From an uncultured Acidobacteriota bacterium (lineage in GTDB: Bacteria; Acidobacteriota; Thermoanaerobaculia; UBA5066; Gp7-AA6): a DNA stretch of 64,000 bases. The notes beneath the pieces are model-generated. The model made no database searches. It saw only the letters and a list, made by a program, of their open reading frames with translations, and was not told the DNA's origin. Numbering within the stretch: the stretch's first letter is position 1; each line of letters starts with the position of its first letter. Shown one piece after another: positions 22,510-33,386 of this stretch. The translations under genes and the position numbers were made by a program. Location of the stretch: contig CAVZDB010000008.1 in assembly GCA_963773905.1 (NCBI GenBank), positions 575,200 through 639,199 on the forward strand, in the 5' to 3' direction.

Positions 22510-22538
22510 CGAATAAAAATGCGGGCCAAGCCCGCATT
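22510..22538 (-). promoter_or_regulatory. Terminator-like leader hairpin immediately 5' of the rimP start
   Basis: Minus strand reads AAUGCGGGC-UUG-GCCCGCAUU (perfect 9-bp stem), then UUUAUUCG and AUG. Confidence 0.55.
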
Positions 22539-22875
22539 ACCCGAAACGGGGCACTTTATATCAGATGGGGCAAGAGGGCCGCCAGGAGAGTCCGAGCGCG
22601 CGAAACCGCGAGGCGCGTGCGGCCGTTAAGTGCAGAGGGGCGGAGAGTTGGGCTCCGCGCCCTGGATCGCGCCGGAACCGAGCGAGTCGCCGAAGCCGCC
22701 GCCGCGGGCGGCGGGCGGCAGGAACGGAGCGGGGAAGGACGGGCGACCCGTAGAATCCCTTCGAGCGGCTTGCTTCTTCGAGGGACCCTCGTCGGGGTCC
22801 GTTCTCGAGAATCCCTTTCGCAGGGACGTTGTTAGCACTGTTTGAGCGGATCATCCGTCGTGGGAGAAAACTTGC

Positions 22876-24348
22876 GTGTCTGAGCCCGAAGAGCCCGGCC
22901 TTTTTTCCTCCGAGCGAAGCAGCATGCTCGCCTCGATGGGCTCTCGGCGCCGGTTCGGCCTTTTCGGCCTCTTCGGCCGCAATGGCGCGACCGAGCACGT
23001 CGACCTCGGCGGCGGGGCCGATTCGGGGTCCGAAGAACCCTACGTCGCCCACAGCATGCTCGGCGACCTCGCGAGCCATGCTCCGGCGCGGGTCTCGGTC
23101 CAGCTCGATCTCGACCCCGAGTCCGAGGAGCCGTTCGTCGCCCACAGCATGCTGGGGGCGCTCGCCAGTCACGCGACGGCCGCGGCGGCCCCGGAAGACG
23201 AGCCGGCAACGGGCGGCGGCCGCTCGCTGCTCGCGCTCGAGAGGGCGGAAGAGGCGATCCCAATGCCGCTTCAGGCCGCCGAGAAGGCGCCCGCCCGGCC
23301 GCCGGAGCCCCTGGTCTTCGGCCACGCCGGGCTGCACAGCACGGTCGCCGAGATGGCCGGGCTGGAAGAGCACATCGGAACCCCGTTTCCGATCGAGCGC
23401 TTCATCCTCCTCTCCCTGGTGGCGCACCTCCTGCTGGTGGTGTTCCTGATCGTGGCGCCCGCGAAGATCCCGGCGAACTCGAAGGGGGACCTGTTCGCGG
23501 GGTTGGTCCCCCAGCCCAAGGACGACACTCCGATTCCGGTCGTCTTCACCGACGCGACCGGGCAGCCGCGCGCCAACCCCAAGAAGTCTCCGCTGTCCGA
23601 CGCGGACCGGCGCGCCGCCGGCGGCGACCCGTCGAAGCCGAAGGCGGCGACCCCGTTCTCGCCTCCGACCGGGGTCGCCGGGCTCGCCCCGGGACCGCGA
23701 GTCCCGCGCGTCCCGGGCAGCCCGCAGCCCTCTCAACCCTCGAAGGCGGCCCCCGGCGCGAGCGCCTCGGCCCAGGCGCAGGCCCGGGGCGAAGCCCGCT
23801 CGGCACCGGCCCAGGCGCCGGCGAGCGCGGAGACGAAGCCCTCCGAGTTTCCGGACATGACCAAGCCGATGACCACGGGCCCCCGGGAGACGACGCGGCT
23901 CGCCGGGCTGGACACCGCGATCCGCGAGGCGGCGCGCGGCGCCGTCGGCGGCGAGGGCGGATCGCCGGGCGGCGATCCCGAGGGCGGATTCGTCGACTCC
24001 GGTCCCATCTCCTTCGACACGAGCTGGTACGACTGGGGTCCGTACGCGGCGGAGATGGTCCGCCGCATCAAGCTGCACTGGGACGTCCCGGAGCTCGCGC
24101 GTCTGGGCTGGAAAGGCAGCCTCACGGTCCGCTTCTTCATCCTGGCCGACGGCACCGTGGCGGACGCGAAGATCCTGCGGGGCTCGAGCATCCCCCCGTT
24201 CGACTTCGCCGCCTTCCAGGCGATCGTGAAGTCGTCTCCCTTCCGCCCGCTGCCGGCGGATCTCCACTCGACCCGCGAGGGGGTCACCGTAACCTTTTTC
24301 TACAACATGCGTCCTGAGACAGAGAGGGCGGAGGCTGCGGCCCATTGA
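22876..24348 (+). CDS. TonB C-terminal-domain protein (energy-transducer-like), Pro/Ala-rich linker
   Basis: One TM helix (FILLSLVAHLLLVVFLIVAP), a Pro-rich spacer, and a TonB_C-like end (GSLTVRFFILADGTVADAKILRGSSIPPFDFAAFQAI). Confidence 0.75.
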   Translation: MSEPEEPGLFSSERSSMLASMGSRRRFGLFGLFGRNGATEHVDLGGGADSGSEEPYVAHSMLGDLASHAPARVSVQLDLDPESEEPFVAHSMLGALASHATAAAAPEDEPATGGGRSLLALERAEEAIPMPLQAAEKAPARPPEPLVFGHAGLHSTVAEMAGLEEHIGTPFPIERFILLSLVAHLLLVVFLIVAPAKIPANSKGDLFAGLVPQPKDDTPIPVVFTDATGQPRANPKKSPLSDADRRAAGGDPSKPKAATPFSPPTGVAGLAPGPRVPRVPGSPQPSQPSKAAPGASASAQAQARGEARSAPAQAPASAETKPSEFPDMTKPMTTGPRETTRLAGLDTAIREAARGAVGGEGGSPGGDPEGGFVDSGPISFDTSWYDWGPYAAEMVRRIKLHWDVPELARLGWKGSLTVRFFILADGTVADAKILRGSSIPPFDFAAFQAIVKSSPFRPLPADLHSTREGVTVTFFYNMRPETERAEAAAH

Positions 24349-24782
24349 ACGAGCCGGACCGGATCCGACGCGCCCTGGAAACGGCGGAGACCGTGGCGGT
24401 CGTGGGCTGCTCGCCCGACCCGTCCCGCGCTTCGCATGCGATCTCGCGGTTCTTGATGGAGCAGGGCTACCGGGTCGTTCCGGTGAATCCCAATCATCCG
24501 CGCATCCTGGGGGAGACCGCCTATCCCTCGGTCTCCGCGGTACCGGAGGACGTGCGCCTGGACATCGTGGATGTCTTCCGCCGCTCGGACGCCGTGGCCC
24601 CGGTCGCGGAGGAGGCCATCGCGCGCCGGGTGCCCTTCTTCTTCATGCAGCAGGGCGTCGTCGACTCGGCCACGGCGGCCCGCCTCGAATCGGCCGGCAT
24701 CGGCGTGGCCATGGACCGCTGCATCCTGGTGGAGCACGAGAGGCTCGGGATCGCGCCCAAATCGAGGAATTCGAACCGTTGA
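24345..24782 (+). CDS. CoA-binding domain protein (YccU/YneT-like)
   Basis: Contains VAVVGCSPDPSRASHAISRFLMEQGYRVVPVNP and DIVDVFRRSD. ATGA overlap with the upstream gene. Confidence 0.85.
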   Translation: MNEPDRIRRALETAETVAVVGCSPDPSRASHAISRFLMEQGYRVVPVNPNHPRILGETAYPSVSAVPEDVRLDIVDVFRRSDAVAPVAEEAIARRVPFFFMQQGVVDSATAARLESAGIGVAMDRCILVEHERLGIAPKSRNSNR

Positions 24783-24849
24783 ATCCGCGTTCTCTGGATG
24801 GTCCCGAGATTTTGATACCGCTTTAGGAGAAAAGAGAGAGACGACGAAT

Positions 24850-26389
24850 ATGGAGAGAACCACCAAACGCGCATTGTCCTTTTCGGCGCTGATCGCCGCC
24901 GCCGTCGTATTCGGCATGGTGGTGGCCAGCTCAATCAACATCACCCCCAAGTCCGAGGCCCAGCGCACGACCCCCGCTGCGACCCGGCCGCTGCACACCG
25001 GCGGCGTCGCGCTGCCGTCGTTCGCCGACGTGGCCCAGGAGGCGATGCCCTCGCTCGTGTCGATCACCTCGACCGACATCGTCAAGGGCGCCCAGAGCCG
25101 CCACGGACAGATGAACCCCTTCGGGGGCGACGGCGATCCGTTCGAATTCTTCTTCGGTCCCCCGGGCGGCGGCCGCCGCAACGCTCCCAAGGACGACGAG
25201 GAGCACAAGGAAGTCCAGGGCGGCACCGGATTCGTCATCTCGGATGACGGCTACATCGTGACGAACAACCACGTCATCGAAGGCGCCGACAAGATCGAGG
25301 TCCGGGTCAACAACAAGGAGAAGTACACCGCGAAGCTGATTGGAAAGGATCCCGCGACGGACCTCGCGCTCCTGAAGATCGAGACGAAGCAGCGCCTGAC
25401 GCCGCTTCCAGCTGGGCGACTCCGACAAGCTCCGGGTGGGCGAGTGGGTCATGGCGATCGGAGATCCGCTCAACTTCGACAAGACCGTCACGGTCGGCGT
25501 GGTCTCGGCGAAGGATCGCTCGGGCCTGACGGCCGACGCCGCGACGCGCAGCTTCGAGAACTACATCCAGACCGACGCGGCCATCAACTTCGGAAACTCG
25601 GGCGGCCCGCTGATCAACGTCAACGGCGAGGTCATCGGCATCAACACGGCGATGTTCCGGCCCGCCCAGAACATCGGGTTCGCGATTCCGGTCAACACGC
25701 TCAAGCAGGTCCTGCCGCAGCTGCGTGAGAAGGGCAAGGTCGTTCGCGGCTTCCTCGGCATCAACATCGTCAACGTGGACTCCGACCGCGCCGCGGCCTT
25801 CGGGCTCAAGTCCGAGGACGGCGCGTTCATCGAGTCCGTCGAGGCGGGCAAGCCCGCGGAGAAGGCCGGCGTGAAGCCCGGCGACACGATCGTGAAGGTC
25901 GACAGCGTCCCGGTCAAGGACACGCGCGACCTGATCGGCTACGTCTCGGGCAAGGCGCCCGGCAGCAAGGTGCAGCTGGGGGTCGTGCGCGACGGCAAGG
26001 AGCAAACGCTCACGGCGACGCTCTCCGAGCGCGAGGGCGAGGGCGGAGACAACGAGAATCCCGAGAAGGTCGCCTCCGACGACTCGCACGACAAGATCGG
26101 CAAGATCGGCATCTCGGTCATGGAGCTGACGCCCCAGGTGCGCCAGATGCAGCGGATCAAGGACGGCGTGGATGGCCTTCTGGTCGTCCGCGTCAAGGAA
26201 GTCTCTCCGGCGGCGGACGCCGCCATCCAGGAGGGCGACATCATCACGGCGGTCAACGGCCAGAAGGTGGCGACGGCCGACCAGTTCGGCAAGCTCGTGG
26301 CCAACGCGAAGAAGGGGGACTACCTCAAGCTCTACGTGTTCAGCCCGCGCGCCAACCTCTCCCGTTTCGCCCTGGTGCACATCGACTGA
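24850..26389 (+). CDS. htrA: HtrA/DegP-family periplasmic serine protease with two PDZ domains; one frame break near 25400
   Basis: Contains GTGFVISDDGYIVTNNHVI, DLALLKI and NFGNSGGPLINVNGEVIG (catalytic Ser), then two PDZ domains. The N-terminal part lies in ORF 24571..25728 and the rest in ORF 25436..26389. Confidence 0.9.
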
Positions 26390-26413
26390 GGTCTTCCACA
26401 TCGATTCCGAGAC

Positions 26414-26448
26414 TCGCGCCCGCCCTTCCGGCGGGCGCGATCATTTTG
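26414..26448 (+). terminator. Intrinsic terminator after htrA
   Basis: TCGCGCCCGCC-CTTCC-GGCGGGCGCGA (11-bp stem) followed by TCATTTTG. Confidence 0.75.
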
Positions 26449-26470
26449 TCCTCTTTAGGGGAATAAGCAC

Positions 26471-27865
<1,395 letters not shown>

Positions 27866-27870
27866 AGGGA

Positions 27871-27949
27871 GAATTTTGGATTTTGGATTTTGGATTTTGG
27901 ATTGAAAACAATGCTTGTAATCCAAAATCCAAAATCTAAAATCCAAAAT
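27871..27949. repeat. Heptamer-array hairpin, family A (GGATTTT)
   Basis: Left arm at 27871-27905 is GAATTTT (GGATTTT)x3 GGATTGA. Loop is AAAACAATGCTT. Right arm at 27917-27949 is GTAATCC AAAATCC AAAATCT AAAATCC AAAAT. It fills the spacer up to the pyrE start. Confidence 0.95.
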
Positions 27950-27951
27950 CG

Positions 27952-28527
27952 TTGGTCACGCTGAAGGACTTCCAAGACACCGGGGCATTGCTCGAGGGCC
28001 ACTTTCGCCTTTCCTCGGGCCTCCACTCCGACCGCTACCTCCAGTGCGCGCGGCTGCTCATGTGGCCGGAGCGCGCGGAGCAGGCGGGCCGCGACCTCGC
28101 GGCGGCGCTGCGCGAGTTCTCTCCCAGCGCGGTCGTGTCGCCGGCGCTGGGTGGAGTGATCATCGGGCACGAGACGGCGCGGGCCCTTCGCGTCCCCGCG
28201 ATGTTCGTCGAACGCAAGGACGGCGCCTTCGCGCTGCGCCGCGGGTTCTCCCTGGCGGGCGGGGAACGCGTCGTCGTCGTCGAGGACGTCTTCACGACCG
28301 GCAAGTCGACGCGCGAGGCCGCCTCCGCGGTCGAAGCGGCCGGGGGCCGCGTGATCGCGGTCGGCTCCATCGTCGACCGCGGCGTGCCGGCGGGGGCCTT
28401 CAGCGTTCCGGCGCGCTCCCTGCTCGCGCTGTCGGTGCCGTCCTGGCCCGAGGCGGAGTGTCCGCTCTGCGCGAAGGGCGTCGCGATCGATTCCCCCGGC
28501 AGCCGCTTCGCGCGCGCGAGCGGCTGA
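27952..28527 (+). CDS. pyrE: Orotate phosphoribosyltransferase
   Basis: Contains GHFRLSSGLHSDRYLQ and VVVVEDVFTTGKST (PRPP motif). TTG start. Confidence 0.9.
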   Translation: MVTLKDFQDTGALLEGHFRLSSGLHSDRYLQCARLLMWPERAEQAGRDLAAALREFSPSAVVSPALGGVIIGHETARALRVPAMFVERKDGAFALRRGFSLAGGERVVVVEDVFTTGKSTREAASAVEAAGGRVIAVGSIVDRGVPAGAFSVPARSLLALSVPSWPEAECPLCAKGVAIDSPGSRFARASG

Positions 28528-28539
28528 GTCCCGCCGCGG

Positions 28540-29262
28540 TCAGGAGGCGAGGGTCTGCGCGAGCCGGCGCAGGAGCTCGCCTCCGTCTCCGGTCCACGCG
28601 CTGCCGTGCATGCAGGCCAGCGTGCGCGGCTCGGTCGACGCGAGCCGCTCGAGGATGGGGCCGGCGTTGCGCGAATGGGAGAAGTAGTCCATCGGCTGGC
28701 GGAACGCCTCGCTCGGGCCGAGGATGTCGGACTCCGTGAGCGCGGTGTCCCCGGTGCCCCCCTGAGTGAAGAGATCCCCGCACAGCAGGGTCGCGGTGGT
28801 CTCCTCGTGGAGAAAGCCGGTCTCCCATCCGTGCGGCACGTGCGGCGCATCGAACCAGCGGAACCGCCGGCGGCCGGTCGCGAGCACCTCGCCGTCCGCG
28901 AGGGCCCGGGGCGGGCGGTCGGCGAAGTCCTCGACCGACACGATCGCCGCGACCCGCGAGCAGACCGGCACGGCGCGCGGCGCCACGGCCAGGAGCGCGT
29001 TGAGCGCGCCGCACTCGTCGGACTCGAAGTGGGAGAACGCCAGCCAGCGGAGCCGCTCGACCGGCATCACGCTCGCGATCGCCTCGCGCACCAGAGGAAA
29101 GGTGCGGCGCAGCCCCGTATGGAAGAGGACGGGCTCTTCGTCGTCGATCAGATACTGGTTGAAGGAGAAGCCCCCGGGCACGACCGACAGCGGCGTGTTG
29201 ATCCGGTAGATGCCCTCCGCGATCTCGGCGACGTTTGTTCCCGACTCCGCGTTCGTGATCAT
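28540..29262 (-). CDS. Metallo-beta-lactamase-fold protein, flavodiiron/ODP-like di-iron domain
   Basis: 240 aa with an H-x-E-x-D-type motif (SHFESDECG), then FDAPHVPHG and LACMHG. Confidence 0.5.
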   Translation of the reverse strand: MITNAESGTNVAEIAEGIYRINTPLSVVPGGFSFNQYLIDDEEPVLFHTGLRRTFPLVREAIASVMPVERLRWLAFSHFESDECGALNALLAVAPRAVPVCSRVAAIVSVEDFADRPPRALADGEVLATGRRRFRWFDAPHVPHGWETGFLHEETTATLLCGDLFTQGGTGDTALTESDILGPSEAFRQPMDYFSHSRNAGPILERLASTEPRTLACMHGSAWTGDGGELLRRLAQTLAS

Positions 29263-29323
29263 TCGACCTCCTCGGAAGCCCGGATCTTACGCAAGGCGGC
29301 GGGGGCCTGTAAGATCAACCGGT

Positions 29324-29902
29324 ATGGACCTCAAGAGCATCTGTGTCTACTGCGGCTCGGCCGAGACCCAGGAGAAGAAGGTCGAGGAGCAAATCCGCGA
29401 GTTCGGCCGCGAGATCGCGAAGCGCGGGATCCGGCTGATCTACGGCGGCGCCTCGCGCGGCCACATGGGCGCGCTCGCCGATGAGGTCCTGAAGGCGGGG
29501 GGCAAGGTCACCGGCGTCATGCCGAAGGCGCTCGAGGGGCGCGAGTCGGTGCACCGCGGCCTGACCGAGCTGCGCGTCGTGGACTCGCTCCACGCCCGCG
29601 AGCAGATCATGTTCGACCTCTCCGACGCGTTCGTCGCGTTTCCGGGCGGCTACGGCACGATGGAGGAGATCGTCGAGATGATCTCGTGGAAGCAGATGGG
29701 CATCCACGGAAAGCCGATCGTGATCGCCAACATCGGCGGCTACTTCCAGCCCCTGCTGCAGCAGTTCGAGCTCGCGGTCCAGAAGGGCTACGCGCGCAGG
29801 GAGGATCGCATCCTCTTCGCCGTGGCAGACACGACGAAGGCGATCCTGACGTTTCTCGAGGGCGCGCCCGTTCTGTCGCGGAAGGCCGGAGACTGGGCGT
29901 AG
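29324..29902 (+). CDS. LOG-family (TIGR00730) nucleotide 5'-monophosphate nucleosidase
   Basis: Contains ICVYCGS, LIYGGASRGHMGALA and AFPGGYGTMEEI. Confidence 0.88.
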   Translation: MDLKSICVYCGSAETQEKKVEEQIREFGREIAKRGIRLIYGGASRGHMGALADEVLKAGGKVTGVMPKALEGRESVHRGLTELRVVDSLHAREQIMFDLSDAFVAFPGGYGTMEEIVEMISWKQMGIHGKPIVIANIGGYFQPLLQQFELAVQKGYARREDRILFAVADTTKAILTFLEGAPVLSRKAGDWA

Positions 29903-30060
29903 GGGCGGGGCTCGTCTCCGCCCGGGCGGCCGCGACCCGACCACCGACTCGGCCACCGAAGGCAGACCCTCAGCAGGAGAGAACGCCGACCGGGGTCGGC
30001 GGTTACGCAAGCCCCCGGCAGTAGGGAGCGCCGCGCAAAGCGCGCGCGATAACGCCGCCC

Positions 30061-31008
30061 CTACGAACTGGTTTTCTTCTCCTTCAGCTTCATTTCTTCC
30101 AGCAGCCGCCGGTTGATGGCGACCAGGTCCGCGAGCAGCGCGATCAGGAGTGTCTGGAACCCCACGACGATCAGCACCGCCGCGAGGATCAGGCTCTGGA
30201 CATGGCCGGCAGCGCCGCCGGGGTTCGCGCCGAAGACGTAGTAGAGGAGGAACCGCATGCCCAGCGCGGCTCCGGCGAGCATGAAGAGCGCGCCGGCGAT
30301 CGAGAAGACCTTCATCGGCTTGTAGAGCGCCGTGATGCGCAGGACGTTGGACCCCTGCAGGACGACGTACTTGAACGTCGAGGTGAAGAGCCGCGACGGC
30401 CGGACGGGCGGATGGGCGCGCACCGGCACCGAGACGACGCGCAGGCCCTTGTAGCCGGCCTGGATGAGCGTCTCGAGCGTGTAGGTCAGCTTCGAGAAGA
30501 CGTTGAGCTTTCGCGCGGCGTCCGCGGAGACCGCCCGGAATCCGGAGACCGCGTCGGTCACCTGGATGCCCGACGCCTGCCGGACGACCCAGCTGCCCAT
30601 CCTCTGGAGCAGGCGCTTCGACGGCGAGAAGTGCGCGAGCTGCCCGGGGCCGCGGTCGCCGATCGTGAAGTCGGCGCGGCCCTCGAGGACCGGCGCGGTG
30701 AGCGCCGGGATGTCGGCCGGGTCGTACTGGAGATCCGCGTCGAAGTTGACGATCACGTCCGCGCCCATCGCGAGGGCCTCCGAGAGCCCGACCGAGAACG
30801 CCTCGGCGAGCCCGCGGTTGGTCGTCAGGCGCACGACGCGTCCCGCGCCGGCCGCCCGCGCCCGATCGGAGGTCGCATCGGTCGAGCCGTCGTCGATCAC
30901 GAGGGTCTCGACCGATGAGAAACCGGTCACGCTCTTCGGCAGAGCGGCGAGCGCCTTCGCGATCGTCGCCTCTTCGTTGTATGCGGGGATCTGGATGACG
31001 AGTTTCAT
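30061..31008 (-). CDS. GT2 polyprenyl-phosphate glycosyltransferase (GtrB/DPM-synthase-like) with two C-terminal TM helices
   Basis: Contains QIPAYNEEATI, VIDDGSTDAT and NFDADLQYDP, plus two C-terminal hydrophobic helices. Confidence 0.85.
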   Translation of the reverse strand: MKLVIQIPAYNEEATIAKALAALPKSVTGFSSVETLVIDDGSTDATSDRARAAGAGRVVRLTTNRGLAEAFSVGLSEALAMGADVIVNFDADLQYDPADIPALTAPVLEGRADFTIGDRGPGQLAHFSPSKRLLQRMGSWVVRQASGIQVTDAVSGFRAVSADAARKLNVFSKLTYTLETLIQAGYKGLRVVSVPVRAHPPVRPSRLFTSTFKYVVLQGSNVLRITALYKPMKVFSIAGALFMLAGAALGMRFLLYYVFGANPGGAAGHVQSLILAAVLIVVGFQTLLIALLADLVAINRRLLEEMKLKEKKTSS

Positions 31009-31009
31009 A

Positions 31010-31110
31010 GGAGCTTTCGGACTTCAGCTCACAGCTCTCAGCTCAGAGAAGATCTCACACGGAGGCCTTCCGGCTGACCGCTGGAAGCTGAAAGCTGCGA
31101 GCTGTGAGCG
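31010..31110. repeat. Heptamer-array hairpin, family C (AGCTNNN)
   Basis: Left arm is GGAGCTTTCGGACTTC AGCTCAC AGCTCTC AGCTCAG. Right arm is GGAAGCT GAAAGCT GCGAGCT GTGAGCG. It overlaps the last ~24 codons and the TGA of the YfhO-like ORF and abuts the GT2 start codon. Confidence 0.8.
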
Positions 31111-33377
31111 CGCAGGATCACCGCCAGCAAGGCGACTACGCCGGCGACGGAAATCAGAAGCTCCGCTCTCGGAATCACGAACCGCCCTTCCACGGTGTGG
31201 CGTCCGGCGGGCACATCCACCCCCAGGAAAAGGCCGTCGGCCGTGAAGGCGGGAACCTCGCGCCCGTCCAGGAAGCATCGCCAGTACGGTGGGAAGCGCT
31301 TCTGCGTCGTGACCAGGAGGGACGGCGCGCGGCCCTCGACCTCGACGCGAAAGCGTTCGGGCCGCAGCTCGGCGATGGCGACTCTTCCGATGCCGCGCGG
31401 GGCGATGCCCTCCGGAGTCGCCTCGGCCGCGTCCAGGCGGGCTCGATCGGCGGAATCCACGAAGACCGCGTGCGCGAGCGTGTCGCGATCGGCCTTCCGG
31501 ACCTCCTCGATCCCGCCGAGCCGCGTCTGCGCGACGCTGAAGAAACGCGGGAGCGCGGTCGGCCGCTCGAACAGCGTGAGGTCTTTTCCGGCGTAGGCGC
31601 GCGCGAGGAGCGGCCGCGGCCCCCCGGGTTCGCTGTGCGCCGCCGCCGCATTTCCATCCACGCGAAAGGGCGCGGCGTCCCGCGTCTCGGCCTCCGCGCC
31701 CACCGGGCTCGACGCCCCGGGCGGCGCGGCGAGCCAGCGCACGCCGAGGAGGTCGAGCACCGGCGAGGCCGGGTCGAGCGACCAGGGATCGAAGACGAGG
31801 TAGGTGCCATAGGGGCCGTAGGCGTTGGGATCGGCCGCGGTGACGAGGCGGCGATATCCCGCGTCGAGCAGGAAGTGGCCCCGCACGTCGTCGACACCGA
31901 GGGCCTCCGAGACGTTGGGGATCAGCGTCCATCCGGCGGCCGCGAACCGCTCTCCGCGCCGCGCGGCCTCCCGCAGCCGGACGATGCCGGGCGTGTCCTC
32001 GAAGACGGCCTGCTCGGGGCGGCACTCCGGGTAGAAGTCGAGCGCCAGGAGCGCCAGCGGGACCGCGATGGCGAACGGGACGATCCGAAGCACCAGCGCT
32101 CGCGCCGGGGAGTCCGCCGCGAGCCTCTCGAGCGCCTCCACGCCGCAGGCCGCGAGGATCGCGATGGCGAAGACGATCAGGATCTTCGCGCGTGCGAACA
32201 GGCCGATGTCGAGCAGGGGCAATTTCCCGACGACGGCGAGGAGCCCTCCGCCGCCGTAGAGCGGAAGGGCGATCGCCGCGCCGAGGACCGCCGCGAATCG
32301 CGCCTCGCTCCGGCGCTTCAGTGTCGCGAGCCCCACGAGCGCGAGTGCCGCCGCGGCGACACCGACGCCTGTGGCGGTCTCGATGTAGTTGTCTCCGGGG
32401 ATCCAGCCCACCCCGGCGTAGTTGTCGCGGCGGGGCGTGCCGACGTAGCCGGGCCATGCGTAGAGGATCAGCTGGCGCAGGGGGAGCGCGAAGGAGCTGC
32501 CCATGCCGCGCCGCAGCTCGCGGTAGCCGGACTCGCGCAGGAACCGCGAGGTCGCGAGGATGGACGGTGTCAGGATCGCTGCGGCGATCACCGCGGCGGC
32601 CGCGAGACGGGCAGAGGCGCGGGCGGCGCGCGCGAAACCGGCGCCACGGCGTTCGAACACACGCAGCAGCAGGTACAGGCTCGCCGCGGCCGCGCCGTAG
32701 ACGATCCAGTGCGGGAATCCTCCGGCGAGGCACAGCAGGATCGCGAGCGCGCCGAATCGGATCGCGCGCCACGCGCTCTCCTCCTCGAGCGCACGGTCCG
32801 CGGCCATCAGGAGCAGGGGGTACGTGACCGAGACGGAGGTCTGCATCCAGAGACCCCACACGGTCTGGCCCGTCGCGAACGCCCACGCGGCCGCACCGGC
32901 GGAGGCCGCGAGGTCCGAGAAGCGCCGGCTCCGGAGAAAGGCGTACGCGGCGAGGAAGGCGAAATTGAACTTGAGAAACAGGATTCCCGTCTCGATGCCG
33001 GCCTCCGGGAGAAGGAGCGCGGGCAGAGCGACGAAGGGGGAGAGGAACCCCTGCGCCAGGTGGAAGGGGCCGATCGCGCCCGACGACACCCACGGGTTCC
33101 AGAAGAGGCCCTCGGGGAACTTTCGATACCGCACGAGCGTCGTCTCGCCGGACGCGGCGGGATCCGAAAGCAGCCGGTTCTCGGACTCGAGCACTCCGTC
33201 CGGTCCCATCCGCCAGGGATGGTGGGCGCGGACGAAGTCGTGCGAGGAGAGGACGCCCCCGGTCCAGAGCAGGGGAGCGAAGAGGACGAGGTTGAAGACG
33301 AGGAGGGTCGCGGCGCCAACCCGAGGTGACAGGTGAGAGGTGGAAGGTGTTAGGGGTCCGACCCTGTCACCTGACAC
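31038..33377 (-). CDS. YfhO-like polytopic membrane protein (GT-C-type glycosyltransferase candidate)
   Basis: 779-aa ORF with an N-terminal multi-TM region (FLKFNFAFLAAYAFLRSRRFS...WGLWMQTSVSVTYPLLLMAAD) and a large C-terminal extracytoplasmic part. Both ends run into repeat elements, so the start and stop are uncertain. Confidence 0.65.
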   Translation of the reverse strand: MSGDRVGPLTPSTSHLSPRVGAATLLVFNLVLFAPLLWTGGVLSSHDFVRAHHPWRMGPDGVLESENRLLSDPAASGETTLVRYRKFPEGLFWNPWVSSGAIGPFHLAQGFLSPFVALPALLLPEAGIETGILFLKFNFAFLAAYAFLRSRRFSDLAASAGAAAWAFATGQTVWGLWMQTSVSVTYPLLLMAADRALEEESAWRAIRFGALAILLCLAGGFPHWIVYGAAAASLYLLLRVFERRGAGFARAARASARLAAAAVIAAAILTPSILATSRFLRESGYRELRRGMGSSFALPLRQLILYAWPGYVGTPRRDNYAGVGWIPGDNYIETATGVGVAAAALALVGLATLKRRSEARFAAVLGAAIALPLYGGGGLLAVVGKLPLLDIGLFARAKILIVFAIAILAACGVEALERLAADSPARALVLRIVPFAIAVPLALLALDFYPECRPEQAVFEDTPGIVRLREAARRGERFAAAGWTLIPNVSEALGVDDVRGHFLLDAGYRRLVTAADPNAYGPYGTYLVFDPWSLDPASPVLDLLGVRWLAAPPGASSPVGAEAETRDAAPFRVDGNAAAAHSEPGGPRPLLARAYAGKDLTLFERPTALPRFFSVAQTRLGGIEEVRKADRDTLAHAVFVDSADRARLDAAEATPEGIAPRGIGRVAIAELRPERFRVEVEGRAPSLLVTTQKRFPPYWRCFLDGREVPAFTADGLFLGVDVPAGRHTVEGRFVIPRAELLISVAGVVALLAVILRAHSSQLSASSGQPEGLRVRSSLS

Positions 33378-33386
33378 CTATCACCT
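33324..33386. repeat. Heptamer-array hairpin, family B (GGTGAYA)
   Basis: Left arm is GAGGTGA CAGGTGA GAGGTGG AAGGTGT TAGGGG. Loop is TCCGA. Right arm is CCC TGTCACC TGACACC TATCACC T. The methyltransferase TAG stop (33385-33387) lies in the first heptamer when read on the minus strand. Confidence 0.9.
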
